64,000 bases of DNA from Macrostomum lignano (Eukaryota). The stretch is from assembly GCA_002269645.1 (NCBI GenBank), contig NIVC01000486.1, positions 310,001-374,000 of the forward strand, in the 5' to 3' direction. The number at the start of each line of letters is the position of its first letter. Positions within the stretch are counted from its first letter, which is position 1. The notes under the pieces are model-generated. The model was given only the letters and a program-made list of their open reading frames with translations. It did not search any database and was not told where the DNA came from. Shown here in pieces: positions 13,554 to 29,774 of the stretch. Position numbers and translations under genes: made by a program.

Positions 13554-16500
13554 ATGAGCAATTTTAATCCACTTCTCACTATGGAGGCGTGCGTGTATGT
13601 TAGTAAGTTTTAATGTCTAATTTCTGTTATATTAGCATATATCACTGTAAAAGTACTCGCTACATCATGTACTATTCACCCGCAACCAATAGCATTAACC
13701 ATATCCCACCCACTATCACCCTATCCGCCTTATTACACACAAAACTCCATCGCTCCCATCACCTTGACAGACACACTAACCCATCAAACCCACCACCCCA
13801 ACGCACTCACCACCCCATCGCACCAACCACCCCATCAAACCCACCACCCCATCAAACCCACCACCCCATCAAACCCACCACCCCATCGCACCCACCACCC
13901 CATCGCACCCACCACCCCATCAAACCTACTACCCCATCACACCCACCACCCCATCACACCCAACACCCCATCAAACCAACCACCCCATCAAACCCACCAC
14001 CCCATCAAACCCACCATCCCATCACACCCACCACCCCATCACACCCACCACCCCATCAAACCCACCACCCCATCAAACCCACTACCCCAACGCACTCACC
14101 ACCCCATAGCACCCACCACCCCATCAAACCTACCACCCCATCTCACCCACCACCCCATCAAACCCACTACCCCAACGCACTCACCACCCCATAGCACCCA
14201 CCACCCCATCAAACCTACCACCCCATCAAACCACCACCTTATCAAACCCACCACCCCATCGCACCCACCACCCCACATCGCCCATAGTTTCGCTAAAAAG
14301 CGCCCTAAAAAACACCCCTATTCCAGAATCGTCAATCCCGTCCATGTCAAAGTGGAAAGATGTCTGCCTTGTGCTGATGCCCGACAGCACCCTTGGCTGG
14401 TACAAAATCAATAGGAAACTTATTGGCAGCGTGAAACTATCGGTATGAGGCCGTCATTCTGGTTGCTTATTGTAATGCATGTGCTCTATTTTTAATTTAT
14501 TGTTACAATGCTCAACGCTTTGCAATGTTCCAGTCGGTGTGCAAGTACCTATGCGTTGGCCACATGGCTAAGGCGATTACTAAAGCGCCGAAATTGCCCC
14601 GGGACGCCGATCTGAACCAGCTGCTAGGCGTGCCAGTCATGTGCGAACCTGTGCCGGATAAGATGCACTGGTTCTGCTTCGATCATGTCAAGCATCTCAT
14701 GTAAGTTTGGACTGCTTTCTCGCTGTATTGAGTGTCACATTCCGTCTGTGCCTATTCACCATGCTGGAGAATCACAAATTCTTTTTTAAGAAATCCCAAT
14801 CAGTCTGAGAAATCCCAATAATTCTGTAAAATCCCAATCATTCTAAAAAATCACAATCCTTTCCTAAAAAACCCAATCCCCATGCTGACAAATCCCAATC
14901 CTCATTCTAAAATATCCTAATCCCAATTTTCAAAAATCATCAACCGTCTCATTAACACACCGATCTATTTTTCCCCAATGCTTACTCCACAGCAAGTTCC
15001 TGCAAGCCCTGGACACAGTTTTAAAGCCGTCCGCGCCTTCAAAACATGCCGTGGCCGAGAAGTCGGCAGCAGAGCCGTCGGCTCCGCCTGCGCCTCCGCC
15101 AGCCTACGACGAAGCGACATCGGCGAGCACGGAGGAAACCGCGCCAGCAGCAGCCAATCAGGACAATGATCGGCGGAAAGCGTTGCTAACCGCCGGCGGT
15201 CTCCTAGCAACCGGCCTGTTGCTAGGGCCAGACTCTGGCTGGTCTTGGGGCTACGGCTGGGGCGGCTCCGGCGCGGTCAGCGGCCCGGTGTTCCAGGATA
15301 TCGACGAGCGCGAACTGCTGGCCTACTGCCTGCCGGCCAGAGGCCTGCGCGGCATAGCGGGCCCGGCCGGTTGCGGCAACCGGGGCAGCATGAGTCACCG
15401 CTACAACCGGGCCTATCAGAGGTTCAATAGCGATTTGGGCAACGATTTGGATCGCTGGGAAGAGGACCAGGTGAATAAATTAGTATATAGACTAGCGTAC
15501 TAAGCCCCCATGGGGCATTCAACTTCATAATATTTGATCCAGCACTTCCAAATCGATTTTTCCATCGCTGGGTTTTTTGTATTATTTCGACAGATATCGG
15601 CTTTATTTCTCTAGTTTTATACTTTTCGATTCATATCGGCTTTATTTCTCTAGTTTCATACTTTTCGATACATATCGGCTTAATTTCTCGGCCAGACGGT
15701 TTTCGAAAAAAACGCAGACGGACAGTCAGACAGACAAAAAGCGCAAAAGTAGTATATAGATATATCATTATATCTGCAAGTTAAGCGGAGTCGACTGTGG
15801 TTAGTAATATAATTGCTGGGGCTGTGGGCACCCTGGCGCAACGCCATTGGCGAAATCGCCGCACACCCAATTGCTGACTTCTGAGCACATACATGTACAA
15901 GCGTGCGGATCTGTACGCTGGCGCGCACTCATACACACGCTCCCACAGGGTGTACAGCGGCCCTGTACTCTCAATTATTCAAGTAATTGATAGGTCAGTA
16001 TAAAAATCAATCATTTATCAATCACACTGAGTCCACCAATCAGCAAGTCAACTCCGAATACCCGTTGGCGCAGGACCGACGCGCTGCCCGACGTCGTTCC
16101 GACGCCGCTGCCGACGAAGCCGGCCGGGCCACCACCGCCGAGGAGCTCGGCGCTTCCTTGGCCGTCGTTTCAGCAGCTGCCGCCGCCGCCGCCGGGGCTG
16201 AGCACTGCGCCAGCAGCCTGCAAGACTTCTACGATATTGGCGACATCCATGGAGGCTACGGCGTCAACGAACTGGGCGACGCGTCCAACACGGCGATGCT
16301 GATGGCTGCTGCTGCGGCAGCTGACGATGAAGATCAATTCGGACACGAACTGTCGAGTTCGCGCATCGCCGGCGGCTGTTGCCCGGACACGGAGGCCACC
16401 TTCGTTAGCGACGACGCTGCGATGTCGGTGGCGGCGACTGCTGCAGACGTCGATGTCGATGACGCGCTGACAACCGCGGCCCTGATGGCGGCCGACGAGG

Positions 16501-16868
16501 ATCTTCGCGACGAGCTGGTCAGCAAGGAACTCGACGACTTCCATCTGGCCGCCGTCGACGACATCGACGCTTTCGGCGGCCGTGGCGCTGATCGGGACGC
16601 CGACGACACCGAGGACTTGCACCTGCTGTACTCGGAGCACCAGGACGCCAGCGACGGCCACTGCCAGGGTGAGTGTGGCGGCGACCCCTACGACTGTCGG
16701 GACGCTGCCGCCGAATTCGAGGATCTGCTGCGCGACGAAGAGGACGAATTGGCGGCTGAGAAGCTGGAGGACGAGGTTGACTACTATGACGACAGGTACG
16801 GCGACGACTACGGCTACGGCGACGACGGATTTGGGGGTGACGATTTTGGACGAGATGACGACTTTTAA
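13554..16868 (+). CDS. PH-domain protein, evectin/PLEKHB-like, with PPxY motif, Gly/Trp-rich hydrophobic segment and long acidic tail
   Basis: Exons 13554-13602, 14327-14442, 14534-14700, 14993-15470 and 16074-16868 are phase-consistent (1, 0, 2, 0) and total 1605 nt. The N-terminus MEACVYVKSSIPSMSKWKDVCLVLMPDSTLGWYK...CKYLCVG...MHWFCFD...FLQAL resembles the evectin PH domain. It is followed by PPPAY and ALLTAGGLLATGLLLG...WSWGYGWGG. Confidence 0.65.
13770..14280. repeat. 17-bp C/A-rich minisatellite (intronic)
   Basis: Unit CACCACCCCATCAAACC with variants. Confidence 0.93.
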
Positions 16869-17039
16869 TTGACAGCGGCAGCAGTTTTGAAGCTCTGGAA
16901 CTGATTAAACATCTTAACTAATTGGGGTTCATCAGCGTTCTCTGCAAATTTGCACTACTGGTCTGCATGGTGTTGATGGCTACTAAGGCCTTCAAGGTGT
17001 CCTGAGGGTATTTTGCGTTTGTCCTGAGATTTTTTTGAG

Positions 17040-17790
17040 GCTGTCTGAGGATGTCCTGAGAATGTATGTCCTGAAACTTTCCTGAGGATGTTCTGAAACT
17101 TTCATGAAGATGTCCTGAAACTTTCCTTAGGCTGTCCTAAGAATGTCCTTAGGCTGTCCTGAAACTTTCCTGAGTCTGTCCTGAATCTTTCCTGAGGCTG
17201 TCCTGAATCTTTCCTGAGGCTGTCCTGAATCTTTCCTGAGGCTGTCCTGAATCTTTCCTGAGGCTGTCCTGAATCTTTCCTGAGGCTGTCCTGAATCTTT
17301 CCTGAGGCTGTCCTGAAAATTTCCTGAGGCTGTCCTAAGGATGTCCTTTTGCTGTCCTTAGGCTGTCCTGAAACTTTCCTGAGGCTGTCCTGAAACTTTC
17401 TTGAGGCTGTCCTGAATCTTTCCTGAGGCTGTCCTGAAACTTTCCTGAGGCTGTCCTGAGGATGTCCTTTTGCTGTCCTTAGGCTGTCCTGAAACTTTCC
17501 TGAGGCTATCCTGAAACTTTCCAGAGGCTGTCCTGAGGATGTCCTTAGGCTGTCCTGAAACTTTCCTGAGGCTGTCCTGAGGCTGTCCTTAGGCTGTCCT
17601 GAAACTTTCATGAGGCTGTCCTGAAACTTTCATGAGGCTGTCCTGAAACTTTCCCGAGGCTGTCCTGAGGATGTCCTGCGGCTGTCCTGAAACTTTCCTC
17701 AGGCTGCCTGAGAATGACCTGAGGCTGCCTTGAGGATGTCCTGAGGATGTCCTGAGGCTGTTCTGAGGATGTCTTGAGGATGTCATTGGC
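17040..17790. repeat. 22-bp minisatellite
   Basis: Unit TGTCCTGAAACTTTCCTGAGGC with degenerate copies. Confidence 0.93.
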
Positions 17791-18829
17791 CTGAAAGCCA
17801 ACAGGAATAATATGACTATTATCTACTATTAGTAGTTAAACTTTTCAGATAAATTTGAATTTTTAATTTCTTTTTAACGTCAGCAGTAATCCGCGTCCGT
17901 GTTGTCGCTTTCAGTTGTCTATGTTGTGTCTTTTTTTTCCAATTTGCTGCTTCCACGTTGTTTCTTTGTTCAGCTGAACTTTTGAAAACGCTTCCTTTGT
18001 GTCTTTGTAGCGGGGATTTTTAAAAAATCTTTTTTGTACATCGTTTTGCGGTGTTGAACTGATCTAGTCTCATGTTTTTATATTTTATGATTATTGCATT
18101 GCATTACATGATTATTGCATTACATTACATGATTATTGCATTACATTACATGATTATCGGATCTATCTATAGAGACTCGAGAGGGGCAGTTAAAAAATTC
18201 GAAATTGAAAACAGAATCAAATCAAATTAAAGTACCAACATCTCTGCCCCTGCAGACTCCATGATTACAGATTATATTCATTTTTACTTTTAATAATATT
18301 AGTATTATATATTGTGTATTATAACACAAATATGTATATTCTGATAACAATGTTCTAAATCTTTATTAGTCTCTCTCTCTGTGTTTACAGTACTGCTGCC
18401 TTATACATACTCTGTACATATTCTATGTCTTTAACTATATATATGCCTATTTTTATGATTTAAAAAATGTGGGTCTCTCTATTAAAATCATTTTTTAGCC
18501 GCTGTTGTTGTCGTTGTCATTTTTTTAATTTTCAAATGCCAATTTATATTGTCTTTAAGTTTGTCTCTGTCGGTCAGCAGTTTATTCATATTTTTGCATA
18601 TAAGCATCATTATTCTAACTTATGTGACAGTATTATTTTTTTACTTTCTATTATTATATATCTAGTCCTAGCTAGTCACTTTTTTGTTTGTATTTATACT
18701 ACCAGCTCCTTGCCTTGCATAGGTTTATTGATCCAGGGTTCACTGAAATCTTCACTGGTTGATTTTGTTGAGTTTTAATACCAAATTCGCGTTATGAAAA
18801 TCCCCATTTTTTCCAATTTTGAAACTGTT

Positions 18830-19200
18830 GAATCCCAAATATTCCCACTGTAAAATCCCAATTATCCCCACTGTATAATCCCAATGATTCCCACTGTTGA
18901 ATCCCAAATATTCCCACTGTAAAATCCCAATTATTCCTGTAAAATCCCAATTATTCCCACTGTAAAATCCCAATTATTCCCACTGTAAAATCCCAATTAT
19001 TCCTGTAAAATCCCAATTATTCCCACTGTAAAATCCCAATTATTCCCACTGTAAAATCCCAATTAATCCCACTGTAAAATCCCAAATATTCTCACTGTAG
19101 AATCCCGATTATTCCCACTGTAACATCCCAAATATTCCCACTGTATAATCCCAATGATTCCTACTGCAATATCCCAGTTGTTCCTACTGTAAAATCCCAA
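18830..19200. repeat. 23-bp minisatellite
   Basis: Unit AAAATCCCAATTATTCCCACTGT. Degenerate AAATCCCAAT repeats also occur at about 14790-14930. Confidence 0.92.
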
Positions 19201-19799
19201 TCCTTCATTGAACGGGATCGCAAGTAACAAAACTTGCTAAATCATATTTTCCAAGTTTGCATATTGTTTGCACAAAATTGAAAGAATTCCAATTTGTTTT
19301 GTGAGTTTCACTGCACACAAATATCGCTGCTTAAAATGTCTAATCGGATATTTAGCAGTGCGATAGTGTCTATGCTTACCCATATCCTATTTCAGACATG
19401 AAAGATTTTATCAGGCAGATATTACAGTTGAATCAAAACCTTCTTGACTTTTAAAGCAAGCATTGCAATGTTAATAAAGATGCATATTTTTACTATATTT
19501 GTTCACAATATTTATGATTATTTTGTGTCAATTTCTATTTTCTTTTTCTGTTTCTATTTGCACCTTTTTGCACAAAGTAGAGTTTTCTACCCTCTGTCGT
19601 TTAATATTCTAATTTATTTTTTTAGTACAGCCATTGCACAGGACCATGCTCTTATATGCTTTTTAACAATATATATATAGTTGGATACTTAGGTATACAA
19701 TACAATATTATATAATTAATTTGTTGAGACTTGCAGTTTAATTTTATTCATTAAAACCTGATTGATAGATGGAGCTCATGAAGACAAGTAGCTTTGAAC

Positions 19800-19970
19800 A
19801 CTCTGTACAGGAAGGCCTGTAGTTTAGCTGTACAGGAAGGGCTGTGGTTTAGCTGTACAGGAAGGCCTGTGGTTTAGCTGTACAGGAAGAGTTGTGGTTT
19901 AGCTGTACAGGAAGTGCTGTGGTTTAGCTGTACAGGAAGGGCTATGGTTTAGCTGTACAGGAAGTGCTGT
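19800..19970. repeat. 25-bp minisatellite
   Basis: Unit TTTAGCTGTACAGGAAGGGCTGTGG, about 7 copies. Confidence 0.9.
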
Positions 19971-20393
19971 CGAGCCTGGGCCGCTGGCACATCAGAGCCT
20001 GTGCTAGACCACAAGGTTACCAACCCAAAGCTTTGGTTGTTGAGGTTAGAGTTAGGGTTTAGATTAGAGCAAAGATTTAGGGTATGGTTTAGGAGTATGT
20101 TTAGGTCATGTTTAGGTTAAGGTTTCAGTTTGTCAGTTAATTCGTAGCAGTCGAAATAGCAGTAGCAATTGCAGAGTCTAATTCTCATTTGATGCAGTTC
20201 TGTTGGAGGTTGAGAAAGCAATTTAGTCCTCGACACATGCGCTGTTTAGCATTGTTGGGTAGGGAATCTCTGTAACCATGGAAACTGACATTGACTTCAT
20301 GCCAAGCTAACTCCGGTCGGCCCGAGGTGGCAGCCACCGACACCTGTTTTTGGTGCATCTCTCTGCCGCTGACTTCCCAGCTGCCAGCGAATA

Positions 20394-25282
<4,889 letters not shown>

Positions 25283-25725
25283 TTGATTAATTGGTTAATA
25301 GAATTACAGATTTTCTGGTAGATTAGTGAATATTTATTGTCTTGTTGGTTGTTTCAAGTCAGTTTAATTACTGTCTGTCTGATTGGTTAAATGGACTGTT
25401 TGACTTGTATGATCGATCGGTTGCTTAGTTGGTTTGTTTATTCAATAATTAGCAGATCCTTTGTTGAGGTGACTAATTAGGATAAGATCGTTAAGCAATC
25501 GATAATTAATTATTGAGTGGAGGTTCGACAATTATGATATTGTTGTTTGGTTTACTGATGTATCAATTTCATTGTGATATTTTCATATTACATATATTTT
25601 GTTGCCGTTAAGTTCATTTGTTTGTTCAATCACCTGTGTCTGGCTAATCTCAATCCGAGTTCCTAAAATGTCTAATTGCTCTACTTGCATGTACGAACGT
25701 ATATATATATGTATATATATATGTG

Positions 25726-26110
25726 GCACATTTGCGTGTAAACTACTTTCAGTTAAGTAGAAAGTTAAGTAGGAAGCATTTTAATGCATTTTGGTACAGG
25801 ACTCGATTTATTTGACCTCTTACCCCTTAGCTTGGCCCTCCGACCGCGTCATTCCTCACATATCCTCTACCCCCTCCCGCCGCCCAGTTTTTATTGCCTT
25901 CCTCTGTATTCCGCTTAAAGCTGCCATGTACATTTATAGACTCGTTACCCACCCCCCACTAGCTGAACGCCTCCGACTGCGTCTCCTCGCATCTTTCCAC
26001 ACAAAACCTCTACCCGCTCCGCCGCCCAATTTTTATTGCCTTTCTCGACGTACATTTCTAGTGGCGCTGGCTAATGTACATTACGGCTGCACCAATCACG
26101 AGTTGTTAAA
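25726..26110 (+). repeat. Dispersed repeat, copy 1 (inverted copy at about 31500-31768)
   Basis: Blocks GCACATTTGCGTG..CTACTTTCAGTT.AGTAG.AAGTTAA..GAAGCATTTTAA, CTCTTACCCC and GTACATTTC.AGTGG..CTGGC.AATGTACATTA.GGCTG.ACCAAT recur reverse-complemented at 31500-31768. Confidence 0.6.
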
Positions 26111-26744
26111 ATCATCCACAAGTCGCAAAAAAGTGGCTTTCTTCTCGTGAAATAGCTTACGCTTGCTTCCTTGCTACTAAACTGAAAGTAGAGAAACTTT
26201 TCTATCAGAAAATAAGCCAGTTATTATAGAATCTGTGATGCGGATTTTGGAACGGGAATTATTGTTGTTATTATATATATATATTAGTTTATCGCAGTAT
26301 AGTTAATTATAATATCTGTTATGTTTTGCGATCTCTTTCCCACTATAAGTTTTCCGTTGACTGATTACCGCCAGTTAAAACTCTTGTGTGTAGCATTGGC
26401 AACGATAGTTATATTCAGTAGTACATTGATGTACTTTTATTTGGTATTGTGATTGTTTCTCGAACAATTAATTTATAATTCGCCTAAGTGAATTTAGTGA
26501 AGCAACGGCTTGTGTACATTTAATCTACGAGACGTCTGGTAAAGATTTGCCTGTATGAATATGATGGCGTGGAAACTTAATAATGATAACTTTTAAGTTT
26601 TTGGTGGCAATTAACTCTGTTTTGGTTATTTTCTTTGAATAGTGTCCAGAAAGTTGTATTTAGGTGGACTATTGGAGGTTGCTAACACAAATTTCAAACT
26701 ATCCGCAAAACTTCAAAATAGACGTTTCTCTTATCTTATACGCA

Positions 26745-26910
26745 TGGGCTAGATTAGCAATTCATTCTATTCCTACATCTACATATGAGCTAGATTAGCA
26801 ATCCATTCTATTCCTACATCCGCATATGGGCTAGATTAGCAATCCATTCTATTCCTGCATCCTCATTGGCTAGATTAGCAGTCCATTCTATTCCTGCATC
26901 CTTGAGCTAG
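26745..26910 (+). repeat. 39-bp minisatellite, short diverged array
   Basis: About 4 diverged copies of GGGCTAGATTAGCAATCCATTCTATTCCTGCATCC. Confidence 0.85.
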
Positions 26911-28556
26911 ATAGCAATTTTTGCAATTTAAAGGCTAATTTTTCTAATTTCTAAGTTCCAATTTTTAATTTTTAATTTCAGTTCTAATTTTATGTAATCG
27001 TATGATTGAAGCTTAGCAACAATCTATGCGACTGATAAATAGGAATCACAGTCGAATGACTTCGCCAATCCTACGTTGGGGTTAACTTTCTTAAGTAGTA
27101 GTTGGTTAGTTCTAAGTCTAGTTATGGGAAGCTGGTTTTCCTAGCTTTTTCCCTTAAACTAGCAGTGGGGGGTTAATCTGGTTAGATTTTTCTACATTGG
27201 TTATAATGCCTTTGCCCAGCTGTCGCGAACCCTGTCTCTGTCAGCATATCAGATTAAAGCAGCTAAGTGGAAAATGACAGGTGTTTATCTAGGATATTTA
27301 GCCTCTTATTTTTCTCTGATGGGGCTGTTACTGACGGGAACGAAGGGTTATTAGTTCCTGAGATTTGAGCTTTGATCTTTGCTCGCGTTCGGGAATGAGA
27401 ACTGATGACGATCGGCCAGTACTCTAGCAGTAATCTGTTGTTGAAGATCTACTCGTGTCGAGTAACCTCCGGAGCAAGGATATTCCAGTGTCAGATCTGT
27501 GTAGATTCTCAACTTTATTCGAATATTTTAGCCTAATAAGATATTATATATTAAATATCCGATTTCCCTGTTCGTAAACTTTTTTCTAATCTATATCTGA
27601 ACCTAATAACACAAATATTGGTGTCAATGATAGACGTCATGCCTGGTTAAAGGACGCCAATATTGGTGTCAACAGAGACGCCATGCTTGGTTATGGACGC
27701 CAATTGTGGTGTCAAAAGCTTCATTCTTGATTATAGACGTCAATACAGACACACGTTACGAGCTATATAGACGTTAAAAGCGTCTTGAATGGTCCTAAGT
27801 GACGTTAAATTAGGTAGCGCCTCAAATGCCATCAGTGGAAAACTGACTGACCACTGAAAGAACGGTGAATTTGCTTAATGTGAAGCTGTAGTGCAGGTGT
27901 AATCGTATATTAGAATCGTGATTTGCAATCATCAATTTGCTACCAAGCGTGCATCGAATCGCGAGATTAGTAAAAAGAATAACGAAGTACTGACTAACAT
28001 TGAGAACAACAATAAAATATCTGCTCATTATTTGAGAGAATCTGCGATCAAAAATGTGTAACTATGGAGATGATGTGAAGATACAGGTAGTAAGATAACA
28101 CTATTTTGTCCGTGATGGTATAGTGAAAAGCTCAAAATTGAGATAACTAATCATCTTAATGAGCGTAGTAAACATCTTTGCGAATTGGTAATGACTTAAA
28201 ATATAGTGAGGTCGGGCAAAGTGCTCTGATCCAAAGTGACTAAATTTAACGGTTGTAAAGAAAAAGCTAGTCAATTTGGTGCCATCTAGAGCAGCTATTA
28301 GGTGTTGTATTTGAGAGACAATGAGACTTTGCTTTTAGCTCGTAGCATGATGCGCAAGAAACACTGCCCTGTCGGAACTTTTAAGTCGCTTTTTAAGTTA
28401 AGCTTTAGCACACTATTGCTATCGATGAATGAATCTGGTGCTGATACTGACAGACAGGACGTCGAGAAACATTCGAATCGATTAAATTCTAAATATCTAA
28501 TGTCAAACAAAGAATAAACAGTAAATATTCTCTGCTGTCATTGCTGCGAGAATAGT

Positions 28557-29774
28557 TTATACGGCGCTTTCGCAACGCCCTAACGACTGCAGTCTGATAA
28601 CATTGGCGCCCTGTCCTACAGCGTGCATTCGTCGCCTACCACCAACGCTGGCCGTGGCGCTAGCGGTGCCGCCGGTGACTCCACCGCCAGCGCCGCCGTT
28701 CGCTCCTGCGCCTCCTTGGCAACGAAAGGTGCAGATAATAATCTTGCGAAACTTCGGGCAGGACATGAAAAGATAGATCGGATTCACGGCGCAGTTGGAC
28801 AGGGCTAGGCAGCTTATCGCGTCCTCAATCAGTATAAACACGGAGGTGTCCACTCCGGTAGACAAGGCAGCCACCAGTCCGAACGATTCGCCGTTAATAA
28901 GAGCCATTATGTTCCGAATCTGCATGGTCAGATGATGCGGCAGCCAGGAGACGGCGAATATGCTAGCCATTGTGACGCCAAGGCGCATAATCTTCTTAGT
29001 GCGATTAACCGCCGCGTTGTTGTTAAACTGCACCAGCTGGGAGTTCACCTCGCGTACGGTTCGGATTATCTTCGCGTAGCTATAGATTATTATGCTCAAG
29101 GGCAAGACGTACAGCAGCATAATGCTGACTGCATCATACACTACGGCCATTAAGCGACTATTCATATTCTGCAGGCACATCTGCGTCAGCTGGGTAGCGT
29201 TGCTGAGTGGCGCAAATGAGAATGACATTAGGCTGCTTACATCGGTAACGCGAGAGAACTTAGCTACAGGTGAGCCAAATGAGATTGCTACCAGCCAAAC
29301 TACCAGAATCATCTTGCAGGAAGTTGTTCGCGAAGCCTTGCTGTTGCTGGCTAGTCGGTTTGCGCTGATACCGATGGAGCGCTCCAGAATCATTGCCGTA
29401 TGATTAAAAATGCTGGCCGCAGCTGTTGACACCATAGCCGTTTCAACTAGTCGGCAGAGTCCTTCTCCCAGCGTCCAGTGGGTAGATACAATTTTCTGAC
29501 TGGCTCCCGGTATGCAGATTGCAGTCATGAGCAGGTCGGTAAACACCAGGTTTAGTAGAAAGTATTTTTCAGAAACCCGATGCGATTTGAGTACAGCTAA
29601 TAGAAGCAAACCGTTGCTAACCAGCGAGGTGGCGCCGATGACTGCATATAGAACCAGCATCACGATGCGCCCCACCGAGATCTCTTGCACTGTGACAGTC
29701 TTGATGAAGGCCTCGACACGAAGACTGTCGTTAGCAGTCATGGTCATTAATAATTCTTCGACGCTAATCGACAT
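28557..29774 (-). CDS. Class A (rhodopsin-like) GPCR, probably a neuropeptide-receptor type; intronless
   Basis: Single ORF (first ATG at 29774) with seven hydrophobic segments: SNGLLL (TM1), LLNLVFTDLL (TM2), W-LGEGLC, ILERS (TM3), VVWLVAISFGSP (TM4), LLYVLPLSIIIYSY (TM5), FAVSWLPHH (TM6), SNCAVNPIY (TM7), then helix 8 KFRK. Confidence 0.9.
   Translation of the reverse strand: MSISVEELLMTMTANDSLRVEAFIKTVTVQEISVGRIVMLVLYAVIGATSLVSNGLLLLAVLKSHRVSEKYFLLNLVFTDLLMTAICIPGASQKIVSTHWTLGEGLCRLVETAMVSTAAASIFNHTAMILERSIGISANRLASNSKASRTTSCKMILVVWLVAISFGSPVAKFSRVTDVSSLMSFSFAPLSNATQLTQMCLQNMNSRLMAVVYDAVSIMLLYVLPLSIIIYSYAKIIRTVREVNSQLVQFNNNAAVNRTKKIMRLGVTMASIFAVSWLPHHLTMQIRNIMALINGESFGLVAALSTGVDTSVFILIEDAISCLALSNCAVNPIYLFMSCPKFRKIIICTFRCQGGAGANGGAGGGVTGGTASATASVGGRRRMHAVGQGANVIRLQSLGRCESAV

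Noticed and set aside
20035-20125. TTAGGG-like degenerate run
   Set aside because: Only isolated imperfect hexamers; too short to call an interstitial telomeric repeat.
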